Program-made: the position numbers and the translations under genes | Notes under the pieces: model-generated | Seen by the model: only the letters and a program-made list of their open reading frames with translations | What the model was told of the DNA's origin: nothing | The model's database searches: none | Assembly: GCA_030704615.1 (NCBI GenBank) | Contig: CM060731.1 | Location: 5,704,001 to 5,768,000, forward strand | Direction of reading: 5' to 3' | Length of the DNA stretch: 64,000 nucleotides | DNA from: Takakia lepidozioides | Taxonomy: Eukaryota > Plantae > Bryophyta | Shown here: one piece after another, positions 1 through 12,216 of the stretch | How the letters are laid out: each line of letters starts with the position of its first letter | How positions within the stretch are numbered: the first letter of the stretch is position 1

Positions 1-3000
1 GCGCGTTGCGGTGTTTCTCCCCAACTTGCTTCCACTTTAAATCCAGAGGTCACAGGAACGAGACCGATTGGACAGGCACAACTCATCAACCATTTCGAGC
101 TCAGGAGAAGGTTCCAAACTCCACATTTAAGTGTGCGCATTGCAAAGAACCACCACACTGCATGTCTGTTTGTAATGCCAAGCAGTTCTCTGTGTTGCAC
201 CGTTTCCCTGACCTCACCCGAGCTTGCATACACGTTGGTTCCCATTGTCACAAATTGGCGAGGGGGAACTCGCGGGAGGCTGCCCACGAAGCAGAGCAGC
301 TCGTTCAGAAGGAGGTTAAGTTGAGACCGGGTGCCAAACCCAAACAGATACAGCTCCAAGCCGCCCATAAGATGGCATTGGCCAGAATTATGTCGGAAGA
401 CAGTTCCGATAGAGTTCCTCTCGATGAGAAGGAAATGGAGGCATTGCTGGAGTCGGTGTCCCACGTATGTTCACCGAATGTCCGAAACCACAGAAAATTG
501 GTCGTGGCTCGGATATGCATTCCATTCTGGAGGTGAAGCGACGATGTGGATATGACTACATTCATGGAAGTAGGTTTCCAGGACAAGGGACTGAGGCAGA
601 TCGTTGTTTCGTATTCAAAATGTCCACGTGTGGACCTGGCAGCGGCGTCGAACTGGTCGACAGGATGACGAGTGGGGACTTGTCAAACAGTTGGGTCATG
701 TTCGACCATATCAAGCGAATTACAAATCACCAGTGGGTGACAATGGGTGCACATGTCTACGACACCCACTGCAGGATGCTAATGACAATTGTTATTTGTG
801 AGATGAAAGGAGAGAACACACAATCGGAGATGCTTCTTTGGCAGGGAATAAACGAACAGATGGCCAAGGCGGGATTGCCCTCTCCCAATTTCCGTGGTTT
901 CATGGCGGACAACGCATAAGCAAATTGGGCTGCCATCCGAAGGGTGTACGGGCAAGACCCCAATGTTCCCATGGAAGGCAAGGAGAGATCTTGTGGGTTC
1001 TATTTTCTGCAGAGCCTTTCGCAGTACACAACCCGGTTCGTGGCGCCAGATTTCAGAGAGGAGCACCGTTCCATGTGCCTTGCGTGGAAGCGCGCTCCCA
1101 CCTTGGATGATGCAGAGACACAATTTGCATGTATACGGGCTTGGTGGACATCATCAGGTGCTGTAAGGAAATCAGACGAGGGAGCAATGGTCAGTTGGCT
1201 AGCATGGTGGCATTATCGTTTCCTCCAGTTTGGCGACTATATGCGGGAGGTGAGTTGCACGAATTCGCGTCCCGTTGAATATTATTCTTGGCCATATTTG
1301 TAACTTGCTTGTAACCTCAACATGTGCTTGTGCAGGAAATGTGTCTCGACTCCGACACCGACATGCCCACGACAAACATGGCCGAATCAGTGCACTCTTC
1401 CTGGCGTGCCTCCTCTGCGGCACATCTGGTGGACATCCTCACTGCCACAACGGAGGACATTGTGAGGTCAATTATGCAGCAAAGCAGGTACAACGAGTTC
1501 TTGAAAGGGAAACAGTGGGGCTTGGGGCCGGACAGGCAGGAAATGCTGATGCGGACTGCCTCTAGATCGAAGAATCCTCGGAAGTGGGCGGCGGCCTTGC
1601 GAGAGGGCCTTCGGGACACGCCATTGCTGCGAAGAGGCCAACATTTGGAAGGAGATGTTCATACCCGTCCAGTGAGACGAAGACTTGACGAGGCACCTGG
1701 CGGAGAAGAGGATTCATGGCGAGCTGACAAGAATATTCGCACGCTCCCTCGTGGTCCGGTGATGTTGCCCGAGGAGGTCTCGTCGAGCACCGCAAGTCCT
1801 GCACGTTCAAGATCGCCATCTCCTTTGAGCACAGGGCGCGTGCCCCGACAACATAACGAGCCATCTGTAGTAAAGCAGTACAACATTCCCATTGTGGAGA
1901 CAAGAGTGTCGGAGTCACAGTGTAGAATTGCGAGGACATTGCCGGCATTTCGAGGGAAGTGCTGCGCCATCCAGGTGGATACGAGAGCACGCTGTGGTGA
2001 GATAATTCGGAGGAACCCACACAGTGCTGTACCTGCACCTTGTTTCAGCGACATATTTTTGACTCCCACATTTGCTCACGCCACAACGCAGACATTTTGG
2101 TTCTGTAGGCACGACATAATGACTTGTGTATTTGGCAAGCCCAAGTACGGGATTCAGGGAATGCCGGAGCCTCCGGGCGTCTGGCCTGTTGCACCGGGTT
2201 GCAGCCTCTCTCAGAATGAGGCGGATGCTCTATCTACAGCAGGATTTCGAATGGTGCAACGCACAGACATCCCAACCCACGCATTTCCGGTTCCTGAGAC
2301 CCAGCCATTGCAGACTGCTCGGTCCAGTAGAGACGGATTGGACAATTCTGCACATCCCACAATGCGATTCGGAAGAGTGAAGAGACGACACCCTCCCAAC
2401 AAGTTGAATGAGACTCGGATTGCCAATGCTCTTGGGATGGCTTGCACTATTCAGAGCTCCGTGGACGTACCCCCACTCGGCCTTGGGCGTGTGTATCGGA
2501 TGGCAACGGCCGGCTCGGCTGTACGCGACGATGTATACACAATTACGATTGGAGTGGAGCCGACTCGCAATTGTACGGACTTCTCGTTGATGGAAGTAAA
2601 GAAGGGTTCGAAGTATTATCCGTGCAAGCATCTGTATTGCATTTACCTGAAGAGGTTGAGGATGAACGTGACTATTGATGACTTTATTCATGCACCGGCG
2701 TTGAGCGTGAATGAGCTGCACAAACTCCTCCTTAGGGATTCCAGAAATCATTGATGGGGCAAAGGGAATCCTCCATATGGATATTTTCAATTGCATTTTG
2801 TTGTATCAGATTTTTTTTTGCAGTGTAATGAAATGCACCCCAAAACTCTTGGAATGAGGCAATATTCCATTCAAACTGAGATCCAATAGAAGCAGTTGTG
2901 GGGCCATTTCTGGAAAAATGACACCGAATTTCTCTTTTTGGGGCCGAAAACTGGTAAGTCCCAACATGCAGTGGTACCTGTGTCTGGGAAAATGGCGCCG

Positions 3001-3419
3001 AATTTCTCTTTTTTGGGCCGAAAACTGGCTAAGTCCCAACATGCACTGGTACCGTGTTTGGAAAAATGACGCCGAATTTCTCTTTTTTGGGCCGAAAACT
3101 GGCTAAGTCCCAACATGCACTGGTACAGTGTCTGGAAAAATGGCGCCGAATTTCCCTATTTTGCGCCGAAAACTGGCTAAGTCCGAACATGCACTGGAAA
3201 AATGGCGCCGAATTACCTGTCATGAGGGGACCTATAGCCGCGGAATTCGGCACCATTTTTTGCCAGAGAGACCTATTACCGCGAAATACGTCGCCGTTTT
3301 TTCAGGTTACGGACCCTATTACCGCGAAATTCGGCGCCATATTTCCACATGTCGCTGGGAATTGGCATGAGATTAAGACGAAATATCGTGAGCACAACTA
3401 TCAAAACTACAATTTTCCC
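1..3419 (+). mobile_element. Mutator-like (MULE) DNA transposon, right part, with decayed SWIM-type transposase; left end lies outside the window
   Basis: ORF pieces 6-536, 467-919, 944-1249 and 1337-2754 join across a frameshift (~470-500), a TAA at 917-919 and a GT-AG intron (~1250-1336). Motifs: WVMFDH, GFMADNA, CGFY (CxxH-like), TTNMAES, and C-terminal SWIM-like xNCTDF...YPCKHLY. Subterminal tandem repeats follow. Right end tentatively at ...caattttccc (3419). Confidence 0.75.
2911..3215 (+). repeat. ~74-bp tandem repeat, about 4 copies (subterminal array of the MULE)
   Basis: Unit tggaaaaatggcgccgaatttctcttttttgggccgaaaactggctaagtcccaacatgcactggtac..; units start near 2911, 2985, 3059, 3133, with a partial copy at 3195. 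Confidence 0.9.
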
Positions 3420-3721
3420 TTCAAGGGGCCAAATAATATATTTGTTTTTCCTGACACATTGCATTAAATTAATGTTTTTAATGTTTTTTTAATGTTTTTT
3501 ATTTTCGAAATTTGTACTTCTGCTCATGAAAACCGATTGTCTTACTACTCCGCTCATGCCGCTCATGCTCATGAAATAGCTAACCTCCCCACCACTGCCC
3601 TGGCCACTCCCTACTGGAGGCGCGACATTGACTTACCAAAGAGGTTATCTACGCCGCTACACACAATCGCTCGATCCGAGCTCTGGCAGATGAAGCTGAT
3701 TAGCGCACAATGCAACGATAG

Positions 3722-3800
3722 AACTAGGGCTTCGCGTTGCTCCGCACTACTAGCGACGAATTCTGAGAACTACGTTCAATTTGCACAAAAAGGGGTGGAC
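3722..3800 (-). repeat. Element tail (putative 3' end), copy 1
   Basis: ~77 bp near-identical to the reverse complement of 9791-9871; also matches 49382-49455. Confidence 0.9.
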
Positions 3801-3824
3801 CATAGGTAGACACCTAAGACTTTC

Positions 3825-4060
3825 AAAAAGAAAAAAATGGAAAAAAAAGGAAAAAACTGGAAGCTACTTCTCACACATCAGGCCCTTCATTATAGTGAGG
3901 GGAAAATAACCTCTTTGATAGATAAATTTTCCTTAATGTCCAATGAATCTACAGAGCCTACTGCTCAACACAGCCCATCGAGAGGCCAATGGTCGGTTTG
4001 AAGGCACATGTTGAAGGATTGAACCCAGGATCACTACCTGAGCACAAGGCTCAAGGGACC
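3825..4060 (-). mobile_element. Degenerate SINE-like repeat inside the element
   Basis: Shares the caggccc...agtgag.ggaaaat.acctcttt core with the SINE at 13517-13720; box-B-like gggttcaatcc on the minus strand near 4016-4027. Confidence 0.45.
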
Positions 4061-4274
4061 CGGGGGGTTGGGGAGAAGATCATACCACACCCCACAAGGT
4101 TGATTTTTCTTTATATATATACGGCAACTCGTATTAAATCAAGGGACATAACCTTGGGAGAACTTTAAGGCCTTACCAGAAGGTGGGTAACATACCCTCG
4201 GGAAAGATATTTTTTAGTCTGGTAGGTGAAACAGCTGTCTGGAGTGTTTTCTGGCTGTTGTATTTACCCTGAGT

Positions 4275-7200
4275 TTACCAATAGTCCCCACAAGAACACA
4301 CCCCATTGTTGAAGTGATGAAAGCAGATGGCATCCCTTGCAATAATTTCTCATGCAACAATTTTGGATATCAAGGCAGTGTGGCAGTCCCTACATACACG
4401 TAGGTTTTTAGTGATGCGGATAGGGTCCCAGGGGGTGTGCTAATGAGCCCAAAAGCAATGGCCTCCTTAATCTGCCAAGTCAATCTAGCATAGATCTCCT
4501 CTGCTCGTGGGTGAGATCTATCTCCAACGGCAGATGTATACACCCTGTTTTCCGCCTCAATCCAAGTGTGGCCTGGTTCCTTTTTCACCTCTGGCGTCCA
4601 TTGCTTTTCTCACTTATCACACTCCTGCACTTGCAATACATACTGACATCCCGAGACCAACATCTGACTCAAATTCAGCTTTGATGATGCTGGCATGGAG
4701 CTGCTTGCCCCGTTCTAAAGCCTCCGGGCCAGCACAAGCGTTGAGGACACTAATAAAGGTGACAATATCTGCCTTCATGCCTTCTCTTTGCATGCGCTGA
4801 AAGAGTTTAAAAGCCTCCTCACCATGACCATGCTGAGCAGATCCTGCAATCATAGCAGTCCATGAGACCCCATCTCGCTTGGGCATTGTGTCAAATACTT
4901 GGGTGGCATCCGTCAAACCCTCACACCTGTAATACATGCTAACAAGGGCAGTCCCCACATGGACATCCCCCTCAAGTCCAGCCTCAATGCACGCACATCT
5001 TGCATACATGTCCACCAGGGCAGTGTTCAGGATGACATCTGGTACAATTCCAGCTTTGACGATGTCACCATGGACCTCTTTCCCCTTTTCCAGAGCTCCC
5101 AGGCTTGCACACACATTGCAAACAAAAACAAACGTTATGTGGTTGGGCTTCAACCCTTTGCACATCATTTGCTCATAGGTCTCCAAAGCCTCCATCCCGT
5201 GCATACATGTCCACCAGGGCAGTGTTCAGGATGACATCTGGTACAATTCCAGCTTTGACGATGTCACCATGGACCTCTTTCCCCTTTTCCAGAGCTCCCA
5301 GGCTTGCACACGCATTGCAAGCAAAAACAAACGTTATGTGGTTGGGCTTCACCCCTTCGCACATCATTTGCTCATAGGTCTCCAAAGCCTCCATCCCGCA
5401 CCCTTGCTGTGCATAGCCTGCAATCATCGCACTCCACGACACCACATCTCGTTCAGCCATACTTTCGAGCACTCCCTTTGGATCCTCGATGCACGCACAT
5501 TTGACATACATTTCCACCAGGGCAGTGTTCAGAGTCACATCTGGTAATCTGACAGGCATTCACTTTTTGCTTTGGTTGTCCCACTATTGACTGGGGTCAG
5601 AGAAGTATTCATTCCACAGCTTCTCCTCATCTCTGTTACCTGTTTTTGGATAGTTTCCTGTTGTCACATTGGCAGTATCATGTCAAAGTCACTACAAACT
5701 AGATTCACTCAACCAGCTAACTCGCAGAATTCAACATGGAAATTTAGGGCCGATTCTGATTAGAGGGAAAAACAGGGCGAAATGTGTTGAAGAAGGTGCC
5801 TTCATTAGCAGTGCCTTCATGAAGCCTTAACCCCATGGGAACTCTGGAAATCTTCATATTTGAAAAATGGGATACATTAGATGTCTTAATATTTTTACTA
5901 GAATGCAGAGCCTCGGGCACCTGACTATCAGTGGGAACAGTCGCTACAAAACTACTAAGTTAATGCCCGCAACAGTTGAACACCATACAAATTGAGCAAC
6001 TTAGGATAATGTGAGTGTGCACCTGCTTTCCAGCTTCTAGACTTCCATCTTGATGCACTTAAGCAAGAGACAGACATACGCATCTCAATCTGCTGAAATG
6101 CCTCCTTGGGTTTAAAGTCTGTAGAGCCTCTGTCAATCTGCCTGCTGGGTATTGTCCAGAATCACATTGGTACAATTCCAGCTTTGGCGATGCAACCATG
6201 CGCCTCTTTTCCTTTTTCCAGGGCTGCCACCTGCTTGCACACGCACTGCAAACGCACACAAACATGATGTGGTCGGGCTTCACCCTTCCCCCATCATTTG
6301 CTCAGAGGTCTCCAAAGCCTCCATCCCGCGCCTCTGATGTGCATACCCTGCAAGCATCGCATTCCACGACACCACATCTCGTTCAGCCATAGTGTTGAAC
6401 ACTCCTTTCGCATCCTCAATGCTCCCACATTTGGCATACCTGTCCACCAGAGCAGTGTTCAGTGTTCCCTGCTCCTTCAGCTCCCGCGCCCTTGCTGTGC
6501 ATATCCTGCAATCAAAGCACTCCACGACACCATATCTGGTTCAACCATACTGTCGAACACTCCCTTCATACATGTCCACGAGGGTATTGTTCAGAATGAC
6601 ATTTGGTACAATTGCAGCTCTGACAATGTCGCCATGGACCTCTTTGCCCTTTTCCAGAGCTGCCAGGCTTGTATACGAATTTGCAAATGCACACAAACGT
6701 GATGTGGTTGGGCTTCACCCCTTCGCGCAACATTTGCTCATAGGTCTCCAAAGCATTAATCCTACCACACCCATGCTTGGTAAATCCTGCCAACATTATA
6801 TTCCACGTGATCAAAGATCGTTGAAGCATTCTGTTGAACACTTGGTGAGCATCCATGATGCTCCCGCAGTTAACATACATGTTGACAAGGGTGTTGAGTA
6901 GAAAAACATTTGGCGGGAATCCACTTTGGATAATGTGAGTGTGCACCTGCTTTAGAGTCTGTAGAGCCTCTGTCAGTCTGCCTGCCGCACAAAGTATCTT
7001 CACATGCCCAGAAGTGCCAGAAGAGGCATTGTGGACTCCCTCTCTTGATCCTCTTTCAGAAGCTGTGGTCATGGTTTAGGTGCCTGATTCCATGAACTGT
7101 GCCGCTGCAGCTGCTGCCTTTAGTTGACCATCTACCCATGCAGGTTTATTGTAGCTATTGATCCACATGGAATCATAGGTCATCTGGAGCTTGAAGTCCG

Positions 7201-7480
7201 TCCCTCTTGGATGAATCTGTCCACCCACACACTATCCCTGCTCCTTCAGCTATCCATGCCTCTGCACAAATCATACATACATCCTTGCCTTGCTGCTATC
7301 AGCTGACAATGACAGCCTAGATTTGTTCTAGGAAACACCCAACTCAACTTATCACACTAGTTCCTATGCTCAATTGCATCTGCTACTCTCTCCAACAAGC
7401 ATTCACCTTTTTGCCTTGATTGTCCCACCATTGACTGGGGTCAGAAAAGTATTCAATCCACAGCTTCTCCTCGTCTCTGT
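4275..7480 (-). pseudogene. Captured, decayed OSB-PDF-motif + PLS-PPR + E/E+/DYW gene with internal duplications
   Basis: PDF motif (DEEKLWIEYFSDPSQWWDNQGKK | intron 7406-7217 | IHPRGTDFKLQMTYDSMWINSYNKPAWV) runs in frame into AGRLTEALQTLKQVHTHIIQSG. Then P/L/S repeats (NTALVDMYAKCGSIEDA, RDVVSWNAM), KKEPGHTWIE...GDRSHP, and KNLRVCRDCH...[15 protein letters not shown]-stop (4275-4277). Stops, frameshifts and a 199-bp tandem duplication (5001-5398) are present. Confidence 0.85.
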
Positions 7481-8267
7481 TACCTGTTTCTGGATACTTC
7501 CCTGTTGTCACATTGGCAGTATCATGTCAAAGTCACTCCAAACTATCAAAGGTTCACTCAACCAGCTAACTTGCAGAATTCAACATGAAAATTTAGGGCC
7601 GATTCTGATAAGAGGGAAAACAGGGTGAAATGTGTTGAAGAAGGTGCCTTCATTAGCAGCGCCTGAATTTATCAATTGTGCCGCTGCTGCTGCGGCTTCC
7701 AGTTGACCATCTACCCATGCAGGTTTCTTGTACCTATCCTTCCACAGGGAATCATAGGTAATCTGCCGTCATATACCCATCACAGGTCCAATCCAAACAG
7801 CAGCCCTAACAGCCACTTTTCGCAAGACCAGACATTTCAAAGACTGCCCTACATAATAAGCTTACACATATACCACTTTTAGCAGCTCAATGAGAATCCT
7901 GTCAGCTTTGGAAGAACACAGAAGAAAAAGGAGCGAGAATAACCTCGGCAGGGGTCTGCTCAGCGCGAAGGCGTCTGCCATCGAAAAGGAAGGCGATCAA
8001 CTGACCGACGGTCGCAGTATGCATGCATCAGCTTTCGAAGTGTGGCTGTGGTCTTAATCCTGAAAAAAACCTCCCCGCCATCCTACACATTGCAGCATCT
8101 CCGGCCATCCGTTACTAGACCCATACAAATTCTCCTTCACAACACCTTCTTCTCCAACCACCCGAAATTACCACAATTCTCGCAGCTTTCTTCACGAGGA
8201 GAATCTACTGAGAGTCCCTGGCATTTGATGTAACCAAATATATTTGTGAACCACATAAGAGGTGTAC

Positions 8268-8478
8268 CTGCGGACCCAGCCATTGTGGGGAAGTACGCAG
8301 CGCATAACGAGCCTGCTTGGGTTTCTTCAACGGGTCAGTCTCGTGCAATGCAGCAGCTGCCTTCATGTAAGAGCTTCCATCAAGAATCCACTCCATGATG
8401 ACTGCTGCCTCCATCTGACCTGGGTGGTGCTTCAGCTTGTGAGTTAATGATCAGCAAACTCTGGCTTTCCTTGCATCA
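8268..8478 (-). pseudogene. PAL: Captured phenylalanine ammonia-lyase fragment (3' half of an exon)
   Basis: [39 protein letters not shown]...[19 protein letters not shown], followed by a GT donor at 8267. Confidence 0.9.
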
Positions 8479-8533
8479 CCCTCTCATTGACTGCATTAAT
8501 GAATTTGAAGTGTCAAAGATCACAAACACTAAC

Positions 8534-8653
8534 CTTGATGAGGCCAGCAAGGCAGTGGAGGTCACTATCTAAGGGCACAATGCCCTTGTTGAGTTGGTCC
8601 CTCACATGTTCTTTATGGCTGTTTTCTGCATTAATCCTGAAGATGCCCTCAGC
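8534..8653 (-). pseudogene. RopGAP: Captured RopGAP (RhoGAP domain) exon
   Basis: AEGIFRINAENSHKEHVRDQLNKGIVPLDSDLHCLAGLIK, bounded by AG and GT splice sites. Confidence 0.85.
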
Positions 8654-9790
8654 CTGCCCAGAGCATCTATGGAGTAAATGTTGGCCATGGCACCAACAGT
8701 TGACTGTTTGATATAGTTGGTAAAGTTGGTTCACCCAGGATGAGGTGAACAACTACCACAACAGTCAATGTTCGTGTCAATGATCACTACATAGGTAACC
8801 TGAGGAGCTATAGTGGAGAAGTGGGTGTGAGGATTAGTTGGGGGTAAGTCTGCAACGAGCTTGGGACAAATGAACCCTGATTAGTGTGTATGGCCAGACT
8901 GAGTGGATCTTCTTAACTGGCCCAGTACAGTTTCATCCATGTGCTCTTTGGTATACTCTGACGGCCCAATGATCTATACCCCCCTTCCCCCCCCCCAAGC
9001 AATCTGCATCGGATCCAGTTACAGAGAAACCATCCCTGAAAGCACATAATTGTCAAGCACCTCACGGGAAAAACAATTTTGACAGCAAGAGCACTTCAGC
9101 TATTACAGCCATCCGATGATGTGACTTGAAACTACTACTATTATGGTCTGTGAGTTCACAATGGTGACTGTCCCCAGTCATCACAAATAGAGAGATTTAT
9201 CCCAATTGTTCACTTTTCATAATTGAACTTCCTCATTCTTTCAAGGAGTAATATCATCATTCAATTCACTAAGCTCTCGAGTGTCATGTTACAATTGCTG
9301 AGAGGCACCAGTGCCGTGTCCAATTGATTGAATCCAACGCTTCTCAACTTTGCATAACCTTCTTACTACAGATCAAGTACCTAATCGATGATGATCCATG
9401 CTTCAAGAATAATTAGGTGAAGGTCTTTCATTACTTGCTGATGTATTCATGAGCATACTCCTCTGCAGCCTTATTCTTAAATTGTCTTTGTCACTATTCT
9501 GTGTTATTCTGACTTTTGTATCTGAAATTTCTCACTAAGGTTGATCTTTGCTTCTATGCTACAGGACGTTTGGTTTCAACATTGATGCGTTGAGGGAATG
9601 GTTTTGCAGAAATCGTACAGGTGTCAAGTCAGGTCAGGTTGTGGTAAGAAGCTTCCAAGCAAATATACATCTTGTAGTATGTGTCTTGTATTATGCTTAA
9701 ATTGTTTGTCAGGGGCAAATCATATGAGAGCAAAATTCTTCTTGCGCGAAACAATGAAACATAGGATCTCTGTATGTAACATTGTGGGGA

Positions 9791-9990
9791 TGATCCACCC
9801 CTTTTTGTGCAAATTGAACGTAGTTCTCAGAATTCGTCGCTAGTAGTGCGGAGCAACGTGAAGCCCTAGTTGTAGCGACGACCGAAGGTCGGAAGCTAGT
9901 TTAGCGTAGAGCAGGAATAGGGTGCCATAGTGCCACATCATCCTCGTCGTCAATTTCTTTGGACCCTGCCCGAAATGCCCGAAATCACCG
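9791..9990 (+). repeat. Tail-to-head junction of two element copies (tail ends 9871, head starts 9873)
   Basis: ...gaagccctagtt g tagcgacgaccgaaggtcggaagctagt...; left half is the reverse complement of 3722-3800, right half the reverse complement of about 13225-13367. Confidence 0.85.
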
Positions 9991-10244
9991 AGCTTGTCCC
10001 TCACGCGCTGCCGCTTCTTTCTCGCTCGCTGTCTCTGTGCGCGTCTGCCTTTGTGCGCTAGGTGTGGTTGCTGGAATCATGGCTGGTGTGGAGGATAGCA
10101 CCAACAATGCAGGAGAAATTCACAACGGGGAGGAGAAGAAGCCTTTTGGAGGGGGGGAGGTCACATTAATCTGAAAGTGAAGGGTCAAGTATAGAAGCCC
10201 GTGGCATTTTTGTATGGGTTGTTTCCCATTTTTGTCAAATGCAG

Positions 10245-10467
10245 GGCTTCTAACTGCTAGGCCCAACCCAAAGCTGTCACTGAGGACGGAGAGGAGATTT
10301 CAGCTGTACAAGCTCTCAAGCTCGCCGGAGTTGAGAAGCCCTTTGAGCTGCAGCCAAAAGAGGGCCTCACCCTTGTTAATGGGATGACAGTGGGGTCAGG
10401 CTTGGCATCAACGGTCTGTTATGATGGAAATGTGTTAGCCCTACTTGCTGAGGTTTTCTCAACCCTT
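10245..10467 (+). pseudogene. PAL: Captured PAL fragment (5' half of the same exon as 8268-8478)
   Basis: After a tgcag acceptor: [73 protein letters not shown]. Confidence 0.9.
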
Positions 10468-10574
10468 AAAGAGGGAAAATAATAAATTCACACCCTTAGT
10501 TCAGGCACATGGTACTCCAAGTCAAAAATCCTAAAGTAGGCTGAACCAATATGTCGATATGGGATTTTTTGCAG

Positions 10575-10710
10575 GCATGGTTTCGAGAGCTTCCTCAAGG
10601 AATATTGGATGCCCCAGAGCAGGTCTTATCATGCCAAATAGAGGAGGAGAGTGTGGCTCTCGTGAAGCTGCTGCCTCCCACACAAGCTGCATTGCTAGAC
10701 TGGGCTGTCA
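10575..10710 (+). pseudogene. RopGAP: Captured RopGAP exon fragment (the exon following 8534-8653)
   Basis: After a ttttgcag acceptor: AWFRELPQGILDAPEQVLSCQIEEESVALVKLLPPTQAALLDWAV. Confidence 0.85.
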
Positions 10711-11900
10711 TCCAAGAGGGCCGGGTTTCAAACACAAGATTACTTTTGATTCCCTATGGATCAATAGCTACAAGAAATCTCTGTGGGTAGATGGTAAACT
10801 GGAAACAACAGCGGCTGCAGCGCAATTGATAGAACAAGACGCTGCTAATGAAGGTACATTCTTCAACACATTTCAGCGTGCTTTTCCCCGTAATCAAAGT
10901 TGGCCCAAAATTATCATGTTGAATTCTGCAAGTTAGCTCGTTGGTGGATCTATGGTGGTTTTGGAGTGATTTTGAAATGTTACTGCCACTGTGGCAACAT
11001 GAAAGTTTAGAAAAACAGATAGCAGAGACGAGGAGAAGCTCTGGAATGAATATGTTTCCGACCCCAGTCAATGGTGGAACAATCCAGGCAAAAAGGTGAA
11101 CGCCTGTTGGAAGCAGACGCAGGTCATCATAGGAACTAGTGTGATAAGTAGGGTTGGGGTGTTTGCTGGAACATTCTAGGCTGTCATTGTGAGCTGCTAG
11201 CAGCAAGACAATGATGCATGCATGATTTGTGCAGAGACATGGATAGCTGAAGGAGCAAGGATAGAGTGTGGGTCCAGATTCATCCAAAGGGCCGGATTTC
11301 AAGCTCCAGATTACCTATGATTCCCTGTGGAAGGATAGCTACAAGAAACTTGCATGGGTAGATGGTCAACTGGAAGCCGCAGCAGCAGCGACACAATTGA
11401 TAAAATCAGGCACTGCTACTCAAAGCACCTTCTTCAACACATTTCACCCGTTTTCTCCTCTTATCAGAAGATGGTTGAACATGATGTGGTATCCTAGAGT
11501 GCGATGATTGCAGGATATGCCCAACATGGGTGTGGGTCGGATGCTTTGGAGACCTATGTGTAAATGATGCAAGAGGGAGTGAAGCCCGACCAGGTCATTT
11601 TCAACCCTCTCTCCTTCCACATGCCCCTCCATAACCAGGATGTTCCAGCTAGTGTCCAAAAACAGCTTCAGTACAAGTATGACAATATCAGGGAGGCAGG
11701 TAACAGAGACGAGGAGAAGTTGTGGAATGAATACTTTTTCTGACCCCAGATAATGGTGGGACAATCAAGGCAAAAAGGTGAATGCCTGTTGGATTACAAA
11801 GAGTAGCAGATGCAATTGAACACATGAACTAGTGTGATAAGTTGAGTTGGGTGTTTCCTAGAAAAATCTAGGTTGTCATTGTCAGCTGCTAGCAGCAAGG
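10708..11900 (+). pseudogene. Repeated OSB-PDF-motif exon/intron fragments plus a short PPR relic
   Basis: HPRGPGFKHKITFDSLWINSYKK, DEEKLWNEYVSDPSQWWNN and GPDFKLQITYDSLWKDSYKKLAWV; inverted homologue of 7100-7760. Confidence 0.75.
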
Positions 11901-12216
11901 AAACCCTCACATGACTATATAGAAGATACTTGGATGCACTCCATATTGGTGCTCTCCTTTTGGATTGTCACGAAGAATGACAGAAAATATCTTTCTGAAA
12001 CCAACCAAACTACAGAAGCATTTGAAAAACTAGAAATTCATATCTTGCGCTTTAATCCCTCACAATCAACAATTAAGGAAACTAAGGGAACAGACTTTCT
12101 TAGCACGACCATTGGCATTGTTCCATGCACCCATGCACAAGACACCAAAACACTGTAGACCTAATTTTCCTAGTCGTAGAGAAGAGGCAAGACGAAAGAA
12201 ATGGAGGGGAGAAAAC

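Noticed and set aside
917-919. In-frame stops in TE and PPR ORFs as RNA-editing or readthrough sites
   Set aside because: Nuclear DNA with accompanying frameshifts and deletions; ordinary mutational decay is sufficient.
8700-9780. Further captured gene fragments inside the element
   Set aside because: Looks exon/intron-like, but no protein family could be recognised by eye; needs BLASTX.
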